Shown: positions 52,061-62,049 of the stretch, in pieces
Position numbering within the stretch: position 1 is the first letter of the stretch
Layout: each line of letters opens with the position of its first letter
Assembly: GCA_963728915.1 (NCBI GenBank)
Contig: CAVSLV010000001.1
Span: 192,001 to 256,000, forward strand
Length of the DNA: 64,000 nt
Source: an uncultured Gemmatimonadales bacterium
GTDB lineage: Bacteria; Gemmatimonadota; Gemmatimonadetes; Gemmatimonadales; GWC2-71-9
Reading direction: 5' to 3'
Notes under the pieces: model-generated
The model's database searches: none
Seen by the model: only the letters and a program-made list of their open reading frames with translations
Told to the model about the DNA's origin: nothing
Program-made: the position numbers and the translations under genes

Positions 52061-54565
52061 ATGGTTCGCCCGCGTCTCCCGTTGGTCCTGTGGTCCGCCT
52101 CGATCCTCGTCCTCGGCGCCGCCCCGCTTCGGGCTCAGGCGCCGGCCCTCGCCGAGAAAACCCGCGGGCTCGCTCGCCATGACGGGTTCATCCCGTTCTA
52201 CTGGGATTCGGCCACCGGGAAACTCTGGCTCGAGATTCCCCGGGCCCGGATCGGTCCGGAGCTGCTCTACATCACCGGCGCGAGCACCGGGTTAGGCTCG
52301 AACGACATCGGGCTGGACCGCGGCCAGATCGATCAGGAGCGGGTGGTGAGCTTTCGCCGGTTCGGCAACAAGCTCCTCATGATTCAGCCCAACTACGACT
52401 TCCGCAGCAGCGATACCGCGGCGGCGGTGCGACGGGCGGTCGAGGAATCGTTCGCGACCTCGACCCTGTGGGGCTTCCGGATCGAGGCGGAGAGCGACGG
52501 CGCGGTGCTGGTGGACGGAACCGAGTTTGCCCTGCGCGACGTGCACGATGCGATTGGCACGCTGGCCCGGGCCCGCCAGGGCACCTACCGGCTCGACCTC
52601 TCGCGGAGCGCCATCTATCCGGAGAACACCAAGGCGTTCCCCCGCAACACCGAGATCGAAACCGTGCTGACCTTGACCGGAGAGAATCCCGGCGGCTGGG
52701 TCCGCGACATCGCGCCGTCGCCCGAGGCGCTGACCCTGCGGGAGCGAATCTCCTTCGTGGCCCTGCCGGACGCCGGGTATACGCCGCGCCGGTACGATCC
52801 CCGGGCCGGGTTCTTCAGCATCGGGTATGTGGATGAGACGGCGCCGCTCGGGTCCCCCATGACCCAGCAGTTCATCGCCCGCCACCGGCTCCAGAAGCGG
52901 GATCCCCGCGCCGCGGTGAGCGAGCCGGTCCAGCCCATCGTGTACTACCTCGATCGCGGCGCACCGGAGCCGATTCGCTCCGCCCTGCTCGAGGGGGCCC
53001 GGTGGTGGAACCAGGCATTCGAGGCCGCGGGATTCCGTAACGCGTTCCGGGTCGAGCTCATGCCCGAAGGGGCCGACCCCATGGACGTGCGATATAACGT
53101 GATTCAGTGGGTGCACCGGTACACCCGGGGATGGAGTTACGGCAATAGCGTCACCGATCCGCGCACCGGCGAAATCATCAAGGGCCACGTGACCCTGGGG
53201 TCGCTCCGGGTCCGGCAGGATTACCTGATCGCGGAGGGGCTGCTGAATCCGTATGTCCGGGGGGACGAGCGCTCCCAGGCCGCTGAAGCGATGGCGCTGG
53301 CCCGGCTTCGCCAGCTCGCCGCCCACGAGGTCGGGCACACCCTGGGCCTCCAGCACAACTACATCGCGAGCGCGGAGAACCGGGCCTCGGTGATGGACTA
53401 TCCCCATCCTCTGGTCAAGCTGGCCGCCAACGGGCAGATCGATTTATCCGACGCCTACGCCGTGGGCATCGGGGAGTGGGACAAGATCGCGATCCAGTAC
53501 GGCTATTCGGACTTCCCGCCCGGCACCGATCCGGCTCCGGCGCTGGATCGGATCCTCCGCGACGGGAGAGCGCGGGGCATCACCTTTCTCACCGACCAGG
53601 ATGCCCGCCCGCTGGGAAGCGCCCACCCCCAGACCCACCTGTGGGACAACGGGGTGGATGCGACTCGCGAGCTCGAGCGGGTGATGCAGGTGCGCCGGGT
53701 GGCTCTCGATCGGTTCGGCGAAGCGGCCATTCGCGCGGGGCAGCCGCTCGCCCTGCTGGAGGAGGCCCTGGTTCCCCTGTATCTCCACCATCGCTATCAG
53801 GTGGAAGCCGCGGTGAAGGACATCGGCGGCCAGTATTACACCAACGCGCTCCGGGGCGACGGCCAGGAGCCGCTCCATCCGGTTCCCCCCGCCGAACAGC
53901 GCCGGGCCCTTGCGGCGGTGCTCGCGACGCTGCGGCCGTCGGAGCTGGTGTTTCCCCGCGCCCTGCTGGCCCGGATCCCGCCCCGGCCGGTGGGATTCCC
54001 GGAGCACCGCGAGCTGTTCGACAAGACCACCGATCCGGTCTTCGACGCGATCGCGCCGGCCGGGGCGGCCGCGGACATGGTGATGCAGCTCCTGTTCAAC
54101 GGCGAGCGGGCCGCCCGGCTGGTGCAGCAGCACGCGCTCGACCCGGCCCAGCCCGGGCTGGCCGAGGTGATCGACAGCGCCCTGGCGGTCGGGATGTCCC
54201 GCTCCGACGATTCCTACGAGGCCGCGGTGGGGCGGGAGGTGCAGCGGGTTATGGTGGACCGCCTGATGGGGCTGGCGCAGGGGGCCCGGAACCCGGAGGC
54301 GCGGGCGATCGCGCTGCTCAAGCTCCGGGAGTTCGCCGCGACCCTTCCGGCTCCCAGCCCGGCCCAGCTGGCCGGCGCCGCCGAGGGCACCGCCCACGCG
54401 CTCGCGATGGGCGAGGACATCCGGCGATTCCTGGAACGGCCCTGGGACCCCCAGGCTTTGCCCAAGCCGTTCACGTCGCCGCCGGGGATGCCGATCGGAG
54501 ACGAGCCGGAGTGGCCGGATATAGTCGGAGGGGTCGGAGTGGTCGGAGTGGTCAGAGGGCCCTGA
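52061..54565 (+). CDS. Secreted zinc-dependent metalloprotease (DUF5117/DUF4953-type)
   Basis: HEVGHTLGLQHN, SVMDY Met-turn, DPRTGEIIKG. Confidence 0.9.
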   Translation: MVRPRLPLVLWSASILVLGAAPLRAQAPALAEKTRGLARHDGFIPFYWDSATGKLWLEIPRARIGPELLYITGASTGLGSNDIGLDRGQIDQERVVSFRRFGNKLLMIQPNYDFRSSDTAAAVRRAVEESFATSTLWGFRIEAESDGAVLVDGTEFALRDVHDAIGTLARARQGTYRLDLSRSAIYPENTKAFPRNTEIETVLTLTGENPGGWVRDIAPSPEALTLRERISFVALPDAGYTPRRYDPRAGFFSIGYVDETAPLGSPMTQQFIARHRLQKRDPRAAVSEPVQPIVYYLDRGAPEPIRSALLEGARWWNQAFEAAGFRNAFRVELMPEGADPMDVRYNVIQWVHRYTRGWSYGNSVTDPRTGEIIKGHVTLGSLRVRQDYLIAEGLLNPYVRGDERSQAAEAMALARLRQLAAHEVGHTLGLQHNYIASAENRASVMDYPHPLVKLAANGQIDLSDAYAVGIGEWDKIAIQYGYSDFPPGTDPAPALDRILRDGRARGITFLTDQDARPLGSAHPQTHLWDNGVDATRELERVMQVRRVALDRFGEAAIRAGQPLALLEEALVPLYLHHRYQVEAAVKDIGGQYYTNALRGDGQEPLHPVPPAEQRRALAAVLATLRPSELVFPRALLARIPPRPVGFPEHRELFDKTTDPVFDAIAPAGAAADMVMQLLFNGERAARLVQQHALDPAQPGLAEVIDSALAVGMSRSDDSYEAAVGREVQRVMVDRLMGLAQGARNPEARAIALLKLREFAATLPAPSPAQLAGAAEGTAHALAMGEDIRRFLERPWDPQALPKPFTSPPGMPIGDEPEWPDIVGGVGVVGVVRGP

Positions 54566-54716
54566 GGAGCCCGAGGAGCCGGGTCACCCGACGGGGGACC
54601 GAGTTCGCGTTAGACGAGATTCGGAAAGCGGTGGAATCCGCCAAGCGAACTCCGGAGCACCGTCGGTGACCCGGCCCTCGGGTTCCGCAGACCTCACTGA
54701 CCTCACTGACCTCACT
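54523..54716. repeat. ~190-bp imperfect palindrome bounded by inverted 9-bp tandem arrays
   Basis: GGTCGGAGT-type units left, ACCTCACTG units right; inner arms GCCGGGTCACC/GGTGACCCGGC, CGACGG/CCGTCG, GAGTTCGC/GCGAACTC, GATTC/GAATC. Confidence 0.75.
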
Positions 54717-57397
54717 TATTTGCCGCCTGCCGCCACGGATTTCGCTTTGGCTCCCGCCACGCCCGGGTATTTGACGTAGACGTCGAGCCAGGCGGTCCAT
54801 CGAGCCCATAGATCGAGGATGGTCGACTCGGTCGCCGGGCCGTGGTCTTCGTAGGGATACATGAACAGCGCGCCGATTTTCCCTTCGGAGCGAATCGCCT
54901 GCATCATCCGGATCGAGCTGATCGGGTTGGTGCCGACGTTCTGATCCTCGAGCCCGTGATACATCAACAGGGCCCCCTGCATCTTGTCGACGTAGAGCAT
55001 CGGCGACATATCGAGGTAGGTGCGCTGCCCGCTCCACAGATCGCGCCGCTCGCTCTGGAACCCGGTCGGCGTGAGGGTCCGGTTGTACATCCCGTCCCCG
55101 GCGATGCCGGCCCGGAAAAACGGGGTGTGCACCAGCGCATTGGCGGTGCTGAAGGCGCCGTAGCTGTGCCCCCCGATCGCGAGCCGGGTCCGGTCGATGA
55201 AGCCCTCGCGATCGAGCTCCTCGATGACGGCATAGAGGTTCATGCGAAGGTCCGAGACGTAATTGTCGTTCATCCGCCCGGTCTCCCCGACGATCGGCGG
55301 ATCGAAGTTGGCCACCGCGTACCCCTGGGTCGCCAGGAATTCGATGGTGCGGGGGGTCGACGGGACGAACCGCTTCACATTCTCGGTCCGGAGGGTCCGG
55401 TCATAACCCGCCTGATCGGTGTACTCATAGGGATAGAGCCACAGCATCCCGGGCAGCCGGGTCCCGGGCCGGTAATCCGCCGGCAGGGTCAGCCGGACCA
55501 CGAAATGGATCCCGTCCGCCCGGGTGACCAGGATCCGCTTCCGCTGGAGCGCGGTGAATTCCGGCGTCGGATCGGTGTCATCGGTCAGCTTCGCCAGGGC
55601 CCCCGAGGCGAGCTCGCGCCGGAAGGCATTGGGGACCTCGGTGGGACTCTCGCGCACCACCACCGCCACGTGGAGATCGTCGTCGAGCGGGGCGGCAAAG
55701 GATTCCGACCCGTCGGCCGGCCCTTCGTAGACCCGGGTCTTCGCCCCGGTCCGGATCCCCACCTTGTCCACGAACCCGCGGGGGCTGTGTTCGAGGTAGT
55801 CGGGGTCGTACCGGGTGCCGGAGAGGTAGACCGCGCTATCCGACGAGATGAGGGCCACGACCCCGGCGCCGCCCCGCCGGGTGAGCAGGGCTCCCGGGTT
55901 ATGATAGAACGCCGAATCGCTCGGCCCACCCCGTCCGCCGCCGCCTCCGAACCCCCCGAAACCGCCCCGGCCCGAAATCGTCGGGGTGTAGTTGCGCTGC
56001 CGGACGATGGTGTGACGCACGGTCGGGGCGGAGAGGTCCACCGCGAAGATCTCCCCCTGGCCCTGACGGGACGCGGCGAAGAAGGCCAGCTTGCCGTCCT
56101 CGCTCAGCACCACCTGGGAGATCGGACCGTCTCCCCGGAACAACACGGTGGTGTCCGCGGCGCCGAACGGTGGCGACCACCGCACCAGCCGGTCGGGGCG
56201 GGCATTGGCGCCGCCGAATCCGCCGGGCCGGCCAGTGCCGGTCGAATCCCCGGCACCATTTCGGCCCGCGGACTCGAGGTAGTAGAGGCCTTCGCCAGCC
56301 GGCATCCAGGCCAGCCCTCGCTTGCTGCCTTCGGCTCGCTGGGGTCCCGGCGTATCGGAGGTGTCGGGCGCCTCGCGAAGGGGCCGCTTGTTGATCTCGG
56401 CGAGGACCCGGCCGGTGGCATCCCAGACTTCGTCCGTCTGCCCGAAATTCTGGTATTGCACCACATAGGAAAACGGTTTCTGCATCGTGGTGACCCGGAA
56501 GTACTTCCCGTCGGGGGAGGGGTCCACGTTGAGGATCATCGCGGGAGCACCGATCCGGCGGAGGGCCCGGGTCTTGAGGTCGATGACCGCGAGCTGTCCG
56601 GTGGTGTAGTACTCCATCAGGGTCTGATCGAAGGGCTCGTCGAGCAGGCTGGCAAAGTTGCGCTGGGGTGACTTGGCGCTATCGGTCCAGAGCCGGACCA
56701 GCGGGCCCGTCGCGACGGCCGGCTTGACCGGCACGGGTCCGCGATTCGCCGGAACGACGACCACGGCCAGCGCGGCGCCTCCAGCGGTCCAGTCGAGCGA
56801 GGTGGCGAGGGTCGCCAGGAGGGGTGAGGAGGCCGGAGTGATCTGTCGCGCCGCCCCGGTCGCCACATCCGCCACGTAGGCATGGGAGGCGCTGGCGAAG
56901 TTCGCGATGAAGGCGATCTGTTTTCCGTCCGGCGACCACACCGGGCTGGTCACCCGCGCACCCGATGGGATGGCGATGGTCCGGGAAGCCCCGGTCATCG
57001 CATCGACGATGCGGAGCCGGGCCGCCCCGCGGGTGGTGAGCGCGCGCGCCCGATTGGCGGCGGGATCGACCTGGAGCCCGGCGAAATAGTAGTGCGGCTT
57101 GCCAAAGTCATTGACGGTCGGCATCCCTTCGCTCTCTTCCCGCAGGAAGTAGCGTCGATCCGGGCTCTGCTGTCCCAGCGACGCCGGCTGTCGGGGCGCG
57201 GTGATCAGTTTTACCAGCTCGGGAGCCGGCTTCACGTACTGGTCGGACGCCAGCCGGGCCAGGCTCGCCTGCACCTCTGCCGCCACCTCGGGCGAAGGGG
57301 CTTGCGCGTTGCCGGGGCGGAGGGTGCCAAGCAGGAGGACGAGGGTACCGAATCCGGTCACGGCGAGGTTACGGGCGCGGGATGCGATCGGGAACAT
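54716..57397 (-). CDS. S9 family prolyl oligopeptidase-like serine peptidase, secreted
   Basis: GHSYG nucleophile, HGLEDQN, PYEDH; N-terminal propeller. Confidence 0.9.
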   Translation of the reverse strand: MFPIASRARNLAVTGFGTLVLLLGTLRPGNAQAPSPEVAAEVQASLARLASDQYVKPAPELVKLITAPRQPASLGQQSPDRRYFLREESEGMPTVNDFGKPHYYFAGLQVDPAANRARALTTRGAARLRIVDAMTGASRTIAIPSGARVTSPVWSPDGKQIAFIANFASASHAYVADVATGAARQITPASSPLLATLATSLDWTAGGAALAVVVVPANRGPVPVKPAVATGPLVRLWTDSAKSPQRNFASLLDEPFDQTLMEYYTTGQLAVIDLKTRALRRIGAPAMILNVDPSPDGKYFRVTTMQKPFSYVVQYQNFGQTDEVWDATGRVLAEINKRPLREAPDTSDTPGPQRAEGSKRGLAWMPAGEGLYYLESAGRNGAGDSTGTGRPGGFGGANARPDRLVRWSPPFGAADTTVLFRGDGPISQVVLSEDGKLAFFAASRQGQGEIFAVDLSAPTVRHTIVRQRNYTPTISGRGGFGGFGGGGGRGGPSDSAFYHNPGALLTRRGGAGVVALISSDSAVYLSGTRYDPDYLEHSPRGFVDKVGIRTGAKTRVYEGPADGSESFAAPLDDDLHVAVVVRESPTEVPNAFRRELASGALAKLTDDTDPTPEFTALQRKRILVTRADGIHFVVRLTLPADYRPGTRLPGMLWLYPYEYTDQAGYDRTLRTENVKRFVPSTPRTIEFLATQGYAVANFDPPIVGETGRMNDNYVSDLRMNLYAVIEELDREGFIDRTRLAIGGHSYGAFSTANALVHTPFFRAGIAGDGMYNRTLTPTGFQSERRDLWSGQRTYLDMSPMLYVDKMQGALLMYHGLEDQNVGTNPISSIRMMQAIRSEGKIGALFMYPYEDHGPATESTILDLWARWTAWLDVYVKYPGVAGAKAKSVAAGGK

Positions 57398-57511
57398 GGA
57401 TGACCTCTGGGAGAGCGAACGGTTCCAATGATACGCCGGAGAAACGCCGGTTGTTAAGTCTGTCCGCCCGGGCGACTTCTCGCTAGATTCCGGCGCCCAC
57501 AACAGGTTCTC

Positions 57512-58957
57512 CTGCTGACGATCCCGAATTTCATCGCGGGGCGCTGGGTGGCCTCCGACAGCGCCGACTCGTTGCCGATTCTGAACCCCGCGACCGGCGA
57601 CCTGCTGGGCCGGGTGCCGATCTCGCCTCCTCGCGAGGTCGCCGCGGCGATCGAGGCCGGCGCCGCGGCGTTCCCCGGCTGGCGGAACACTCCGGCGGTC
57701 GATCGCATCCAGGTCCTCTTCCGGTTCCGGAATCTGCTCGAGCAGCATCGGGACGAGCTGGCCCAAACGATGACCCGGGAGCACGGGAAGACGCTGGAGG
57801 AGTCCCGCGGGGAGCTGGCCCGGGCCATCGAGAGCGTGACCCACGCCTGCGCGATCCCGAGCCTCATGATGGGATCCACCCTCGAGAACATCGCCCCGGG
57901 CATCGATTGCGAGACGGTCCGGCAACCCCTCGGCGTGTTCGGGATCATCGCGCCCTACAATTTCCCGGTCATGATCCCGCTCTGGTTCTGGCCCTTCGCC
58001 ATCGCCACCGGCAACGCGGTCGTGCTCAAGCCCAGCGAGCGGGACCCCCTGACCCATCAGCGGGTGGTCGATCTGCTCATGGCGGCGGGGCTTCCCGCCG
58101 GCGTGCTCAACGTGGTCCATGGAGACCAACGGACCGTGTCCGCGCTGCTCGAACACCCGCAGGTCGTCGGGGTTTCCTTCGTGGGATCGAGCGATGTCGC
58201 CCGCCGGGTGTACGGGGCGGCGGCGGCGGCCGGCAAGCGGGTCCAGGCCCTGGGCGGTGCGAAGAACCACATCATCGTGCTGCCCGACGCCGATCCCGAG
58301 GCCGCGGCGAGTGCGATTCTCTCCTCGGTGTACGGCGCCACCGGGCAGCGCTGCCTCGCCGGGAGCATCATCGTCGGGGTGGGCGAGGCCTACCGGCCCA
58401 TGCGGGAGCGGATCCTCGATGGCGCCGCGGCGCTCCGGCTGGGAGACGGCCTCGAGCCCGGGGTCACCATGGGTCCCCTCATCTCGGCGGCGCACCGGGA
58501 CCGGGTCGCGGGTTATGTCACCGAAGGCGAGCGGGCCGGCGCCCGGCTGCTCCTCGACGGCCGCGCCGCCTCGGTGCCGGGCCTTCCCGCCGGCCACTGG
58601 TTCGGCCCGACCGTGTTCGAGGACGTCGCACCCGACATGAGCATCGGGAAAGAGGAAATCTTCGGACCGGTGGCCGGCCTCACCCGGGCCGATTCGCTCG
58701 ACGCGGCGATCGACCTGGTGCACCGGAACCGCTATGGCAATGCGATTTCCCTGTTTACCCGGAGCGGCGCCGCCGCGCGCGAGTTTCGCTACCGGGCCGG
58801 CATCAGTATGATTGGCGTCAATATCGGCGTCGTGGCCCCGATGGCGTTCTTTCCGTTCGGGGGATCCCGGGGGTCGTTCTATGGGGACCTCAAGGCCCAG
58901 GGCCACGACGCGGTCACCTTCTACACCGATCAGCGGGTGGTGATCTCCCGCTGGTAG
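57512..58957 (+). CDS. mmsA: CoA-acylating (methyl)malonate-semialdehyde dehydrogenase; start uncertain
   Basis: IPNFIAGRW, APYNFPVMIP, VSFVGS, GGAKNH, GQRCLA, EEIFGPV, FGGSRGSFYGD; no ATG/GTG before 57548. Confidence 0.9.
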   Translation: MLTIPNFIAGRWVASDSADSLPILNPATGDLLGRVPISPPREVAAAIEAGAAAFPGWRNTPAVDRIQVLFRFRNLLEQHRDELAQTMTREHGKTLEESRGELARAIESVTHACAIPSLMMGSTLENIAPGIDCETVRQPLGVFGIIAPYNFPVMIPLWFWPFAIATGNAVVLKPSERDPLTHQRVVDLLMAAGLPAGVLNVVHGDQRTVSALLEHPQVVGVSFVGSSDVARRVYGAAAAAGKRVQALGGAKNHIIVLPDADPEAAASAILSSVYGATGQRCLAGSIIVGVGEAYRPMRERILDGAAALRLGDGLEPGVTMGPLISAAHRDRVAGYVTEGERAGARLLLDGRAASVPGLPAGHWFGPTVFEDVAPDMSIGKEEIFGPVAGLTRADSLDAAIDLVHRNRYGNAISLFTRSGAAAREFRYRAGISMIGVNIGVVAPMAFFPFGGSRGSFYGDLKAQGHDAVTFYTDQRVVISRW

Positions 58958-58980
58958 CATCCCGCATCCCGGAGCATCCC

Positions 58981-60282
58981 ATGACCACGAACATCGATCT
59001 CGCCGGCACGGTCAAATCCACCTGGCAGGAACACATCGTTCCGGCCGCGATGCCGTACTACAAGGACCCGCTGGTGCTGGTCGAAGGCAACGGATCCTTC
59101 GTCACCGATGCCGACGGTCGCGAGTACCTCGATTTCTTCTGCGGGATTCTCACCACCGCAATCGGGCATTGTCACCCCGAAGTGGTCGAGCGGGTCCGGG
59201 ACCAGGTGGGCCGGCTGGGACACGTCTCCACGCTCTACCTCAATGAGCCCCAGGTCAGCGCGGCCAGACGCCTGGCCGGCCTCGCCCCCGGCCGGCTCAG
59301 CAAGACCTTCTTCACCAACAGCGGGACCGAGGCCGTCGAGACCGCGATCATGCTGGCCCGGATGGTTACCGGACGGGATGAGATCATCGCGCTCCGCTAC
59401 GGGTATTCGGGCCGCTCGGCGCTCGGCACCACGCTCACCGCGATGAGCGGGTGGACCCCGCTGGGGAGCAGTGCCTCCTGGGTCAAACACGCGCTGGCTC
59501 CCTATACCTATCGGTCGAGCTTCTCCGGTTCTCCCGAGGCGTGCGCCGAGTTTTTCGCCCGCGACGTGGAGGAGGTCATCCTCACCATGACCAGCGGGAA
59601 GCCCGCCGCGTTTTTCGCCGAGACCATTCAGGGCGCGGGCGGCTACATCGTGCCGCCGCCAGGCTACTTCCAGCGCGTCGCGGAGATCATCCGCAAGTAC
59701 GGCGGCCTGTTCATCTCCGATGAAGTGCAGGCCGGATTCGGGCGCACCGGCGACAAATGGTTCGGGATCGAGCATTGGGGGGTCGAGCCCGACATCATGG
59801 TCATGGCCAAGGCGGTCGCGAGCGGATTTCCGGTCGGGGCTACCATCACCCGGGACGACATCGCCGGGGCCTGGAAAGGAAAGACCATCTCCACGTTCGG
59901 GGGGAACCCGGTCTGCATGGCCGCCATGGACGCAACCCTCGATGTCATGGAACGGGAGAGTGTCCCGCAGCGGAGCAGCCGGCTCGGCGCAGTCCTGCGG
60001 GCCGGACTCGAGCGGCTGGCGGGGAAGCACTCCTGGATCGGGGAAGTCAGGGGAATGGGCCTCATGCAGGCTCTCGAGCTGGTCGAGGATCCCAAGTCCC
60101 GCGACCCGAGCCCCAAGAAGGCCGCCGCCCTGCTCGAAGCGGCCCGTGAGGAAGGCTTGCTGATTGGAACCGGGGGATTGTTCGGTCACGTCATACGCAT
60201 CGCGCCCCAGATGCTCATGACCGAAGCGGAGCTTACCGACGGGCTGGCGCGTCTGGAGCGCGCCTGCGCCAGGATTCGCTGA
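58981..60282 (+). CDS. Class III aminotransferase (AGXT2 / beta-alanine aminotransferase-like)
   Basis: YLDFFCGI, GHCHP, NSGTEA, SDEVQAGFGRTG, MAK, STFGGNP. Confidence 0.88.
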   Translation: MTTNIDLAGTVKSTWQEHIVPAAMPYYKDPLVLVEGNGSFVTDADGREYLDFFCGILTTAIGHCHPEVVERVRDQVGRLGHVSTLYLNEPQVSAARRLAGLAPGRLSKTFFTNSGTEAVETAIMLARMVTGRDEIIALRYGYSGRSALGTTLTAMSGWTPLGSSASWVKHALAPYTYRSSFSGSPEACAEFFARDVEEVILTMTSGKPAAFFAETIQGAGGYIVPPPGYFQRVAEIIRKYGGLFISDEVQAGFGRTGDKWFGIEHWGVEPDIMVMAKAVASGFPVGATITRDDIAGAWKGKTISTFGGNPVCMAAMDATLDVMERESVPQRSSRLGAVLRAGLERLAGKHSWIGEVRGMGLMQALELVEDPKSRDPSPKKAAALLEAAREEGLLIGTGGLFGHVIRIAPQMLMTEAELTDGLARLERACARIR

Positions 60283-60351
60283 GGCCACGGTTCTCGTCAT
60301 AGCCTCCAGGGAGAGGCCGGGGCGGCCAGCCCTGCCGCCCGGTCGATAGGA

Positions 60352-61584
60352 TTGGATACCGTGCCGGGCGACTCTCCCCGCCTTCTCATCCTTTTCATCA
60401 CCGCCTTCGTGGACATGGTCGGGCTGACCATGATCCTCCCGCTGCTGCCGTTCTACGCCACCAACCTCGGCGCGAGCGCGACAACGGTCGGCTTGCTCAT
60501 CGCCGCGTTCTCCGGCGCCCAGCTCGTGGTTGCGCCGGTGTGGGGGAAGTTCTCGGATCGGTATGGCCGCCGGCCTGCGATTCTGGCCGGCCTCCTGGTG
60601 ACCGCGATCGCGTATCTCCTGTTTGCCTATGCGGGGTCGATCCTGGCGTTGCTGATCTCCCGCATCGTCCAGGGAATTGGCGGAGGGACCATCGGCGTCG
60701 TCCAGGCCTATGTGACCGATGCTTCCACGCCGGAGCGGCGGACCCGAAGCCTGGGATGGCTGTCCGCGGTGACCAGTCTGGGCGCGGTCGCGGGCCCGGC
60801 GTTCGGCTCCTCCATGATCGCGATCGGCGGCGCCACGGCGCCGGGGCTGGCCGCGGCGAGCCTGGCGGTGCTGGTGGCCGGGTTCGGCTGGCGCTATCTG
60901 GGGGAATCGCGGGACCTGCTCTCGACCGCCGAGCGGGCCGCGGCAACGACCAGTGGCCGCGCGGTGCTCGACGTCCTAACCCGCTGGCGCGACCAGCCCT
61001 CCCGGCTCATCTGGATCTACACGATCGGTATCGGGGCGTTCTATGGGACCGGGCAGATCGCGCCGCTCCTGCTCGAACAGCGGTTCGGGATCACCGAGCG
61101 TACCGCCGGCTACTTCTTCATGTACCTGGGCGGGATGGGCGTGGTGGTGCGGTCGCTGGTGCTGGGGCGCGTCGTGGACCGCCTGGGAGAGCCCCGGCTG
61201 TCACGGCTCGGAATCCTGCTTCTGTCGGCCGGACTGGTCCTGACCGGCCTGGCCCATGGCTACCCCGTCCTCCTGGCAGGTTTCACCCTGATGCCGTTCG
61301 GCACCGCGTTCCTGTTTCCCTGCCTGACCGGGATGCTGTCCCAGATCGTGCCGCGCGCCGAGCGAGGTCTCTATATGGGAGTGCAGCAGGCCTTCGGGGG
61401 GGTGTCGCGGGTCGGCTTCCCGATCGCGGCGGGAATCGCGATCGACCGTTCCGGCGCCGGGGTGCCTTTCTGGGTCTCCGGCGCCCTGGTGCTCCTCACC
61501 CTTCCTCTCGCGATGGTGGTGCATCCGCCGGCTCGGGCCGGGCCGGCGGCGGGTGGCTCGAGGCCCCCCGGCGGCGCGCCATGA
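60352..61584 (+). CDS. MFS transporter (TetA/DHA1-like)
   Basis: FVDMVG..MILPLLP, GKFSDRYGRRP, QAYVTD. Confidence 0.9.
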   Translation: MDTVPGDSPRLLILFITAFVDMVGLTMILPLLPFYATNLGASATTVGLLIAAFSGAQLVVAPVWGKFSDRYGRRPAILAGLLVTAIAYLLFAYAGSILALLISRIVQGIGGGTIGVVQAYVTDASTPERRTRSLGWLSAVTSLGAVAGPAFGSSMIAIGGATAPGLAAASLAVLVAGFGWRYLGESRDLLSTAERAAATTSGRAVLDVLTRWRDQPSRLIWIYTIGIGAFYGTGQIAPLLLEQRFGITERTAGYFFMYLGGMGVVVRSLVLGRVVDRLGEPRLSRLGILLLSAGLVLTGLAHGYPVLLAGFTLMPFGTAFLFPCLTGMLSQIVPRAERGLYMGVQQAFGGVSRVGFPIAAGIAIDRSGAGVPFWVSGALVLLTLPLAMVVHPPARAGPAAGGSRPPGGAP

Positions 61585-61653
61585 TATCGGGACCCATTAT
61601 TATCGGGGGGCTTCGATTCGGTTCCCTGTGCGTCTGAACCCGAGGAGCGACCC

Positions 61654-62007
61654 ATGCCTGGGCCCAGCGTCGTTGAGCTGATCTCGCAGATCAATTATGC
61701 CGTCGAGACCATCGAGATCGGGGTGCGAAACGGGACCGTTCGCATCAGCGACATCGCCGATCTCAAGGGGACCATCGACGATGCCCGGCTGCGGCTCTGG
61801 AGGCTGATGAATCAGCCGGTGGACGAGGACTCGGTAGCCTTCGAGGAGCGCTTCCGACTCCGGCGGGCTCGCGATCTGATCGGCCGGCTCGCTGCGGATC
61901 TCCAGTCCGGACGAATCGCGCCGCGCCACCCCGAGTTCTCCGAGCTGCGCGAAGTCAACCGGACTCTCGCCAGCGCCATCGCGGTCGCCGGGGGCCCCGG
62001 CGCCTGA
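61654..62007 (+). CDS. Hypothetical helical protein
   Basis: GAGGAG RBS, host-like codon usage. Confidence 0.65.
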   Translation: MPGPSVVELISQINYAVETIEIGVRNGTVRISDIADLKGTIDDARLRLWRLMNQPVDEDSVAFEERFRLRRARDLIGRLAADLQSGRIAPRHPEFSELREVNRTLASAIAVAGGPGA

Positions 62008-62049
62008 TTCCTGTGCGGGGTTCCTTCCCGGAATCCCGTCTCTTCCATC

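Noticed and set aside
54716..58960. 1414-aa ORF and other long antisense ORFs (e.g. 896-2812, 37888-40011, 42172-44286)
   Set aside because: Shadow ORFs expected at high GC opposite real genes. Only 54716-57397 has S9 peptidase motifs.
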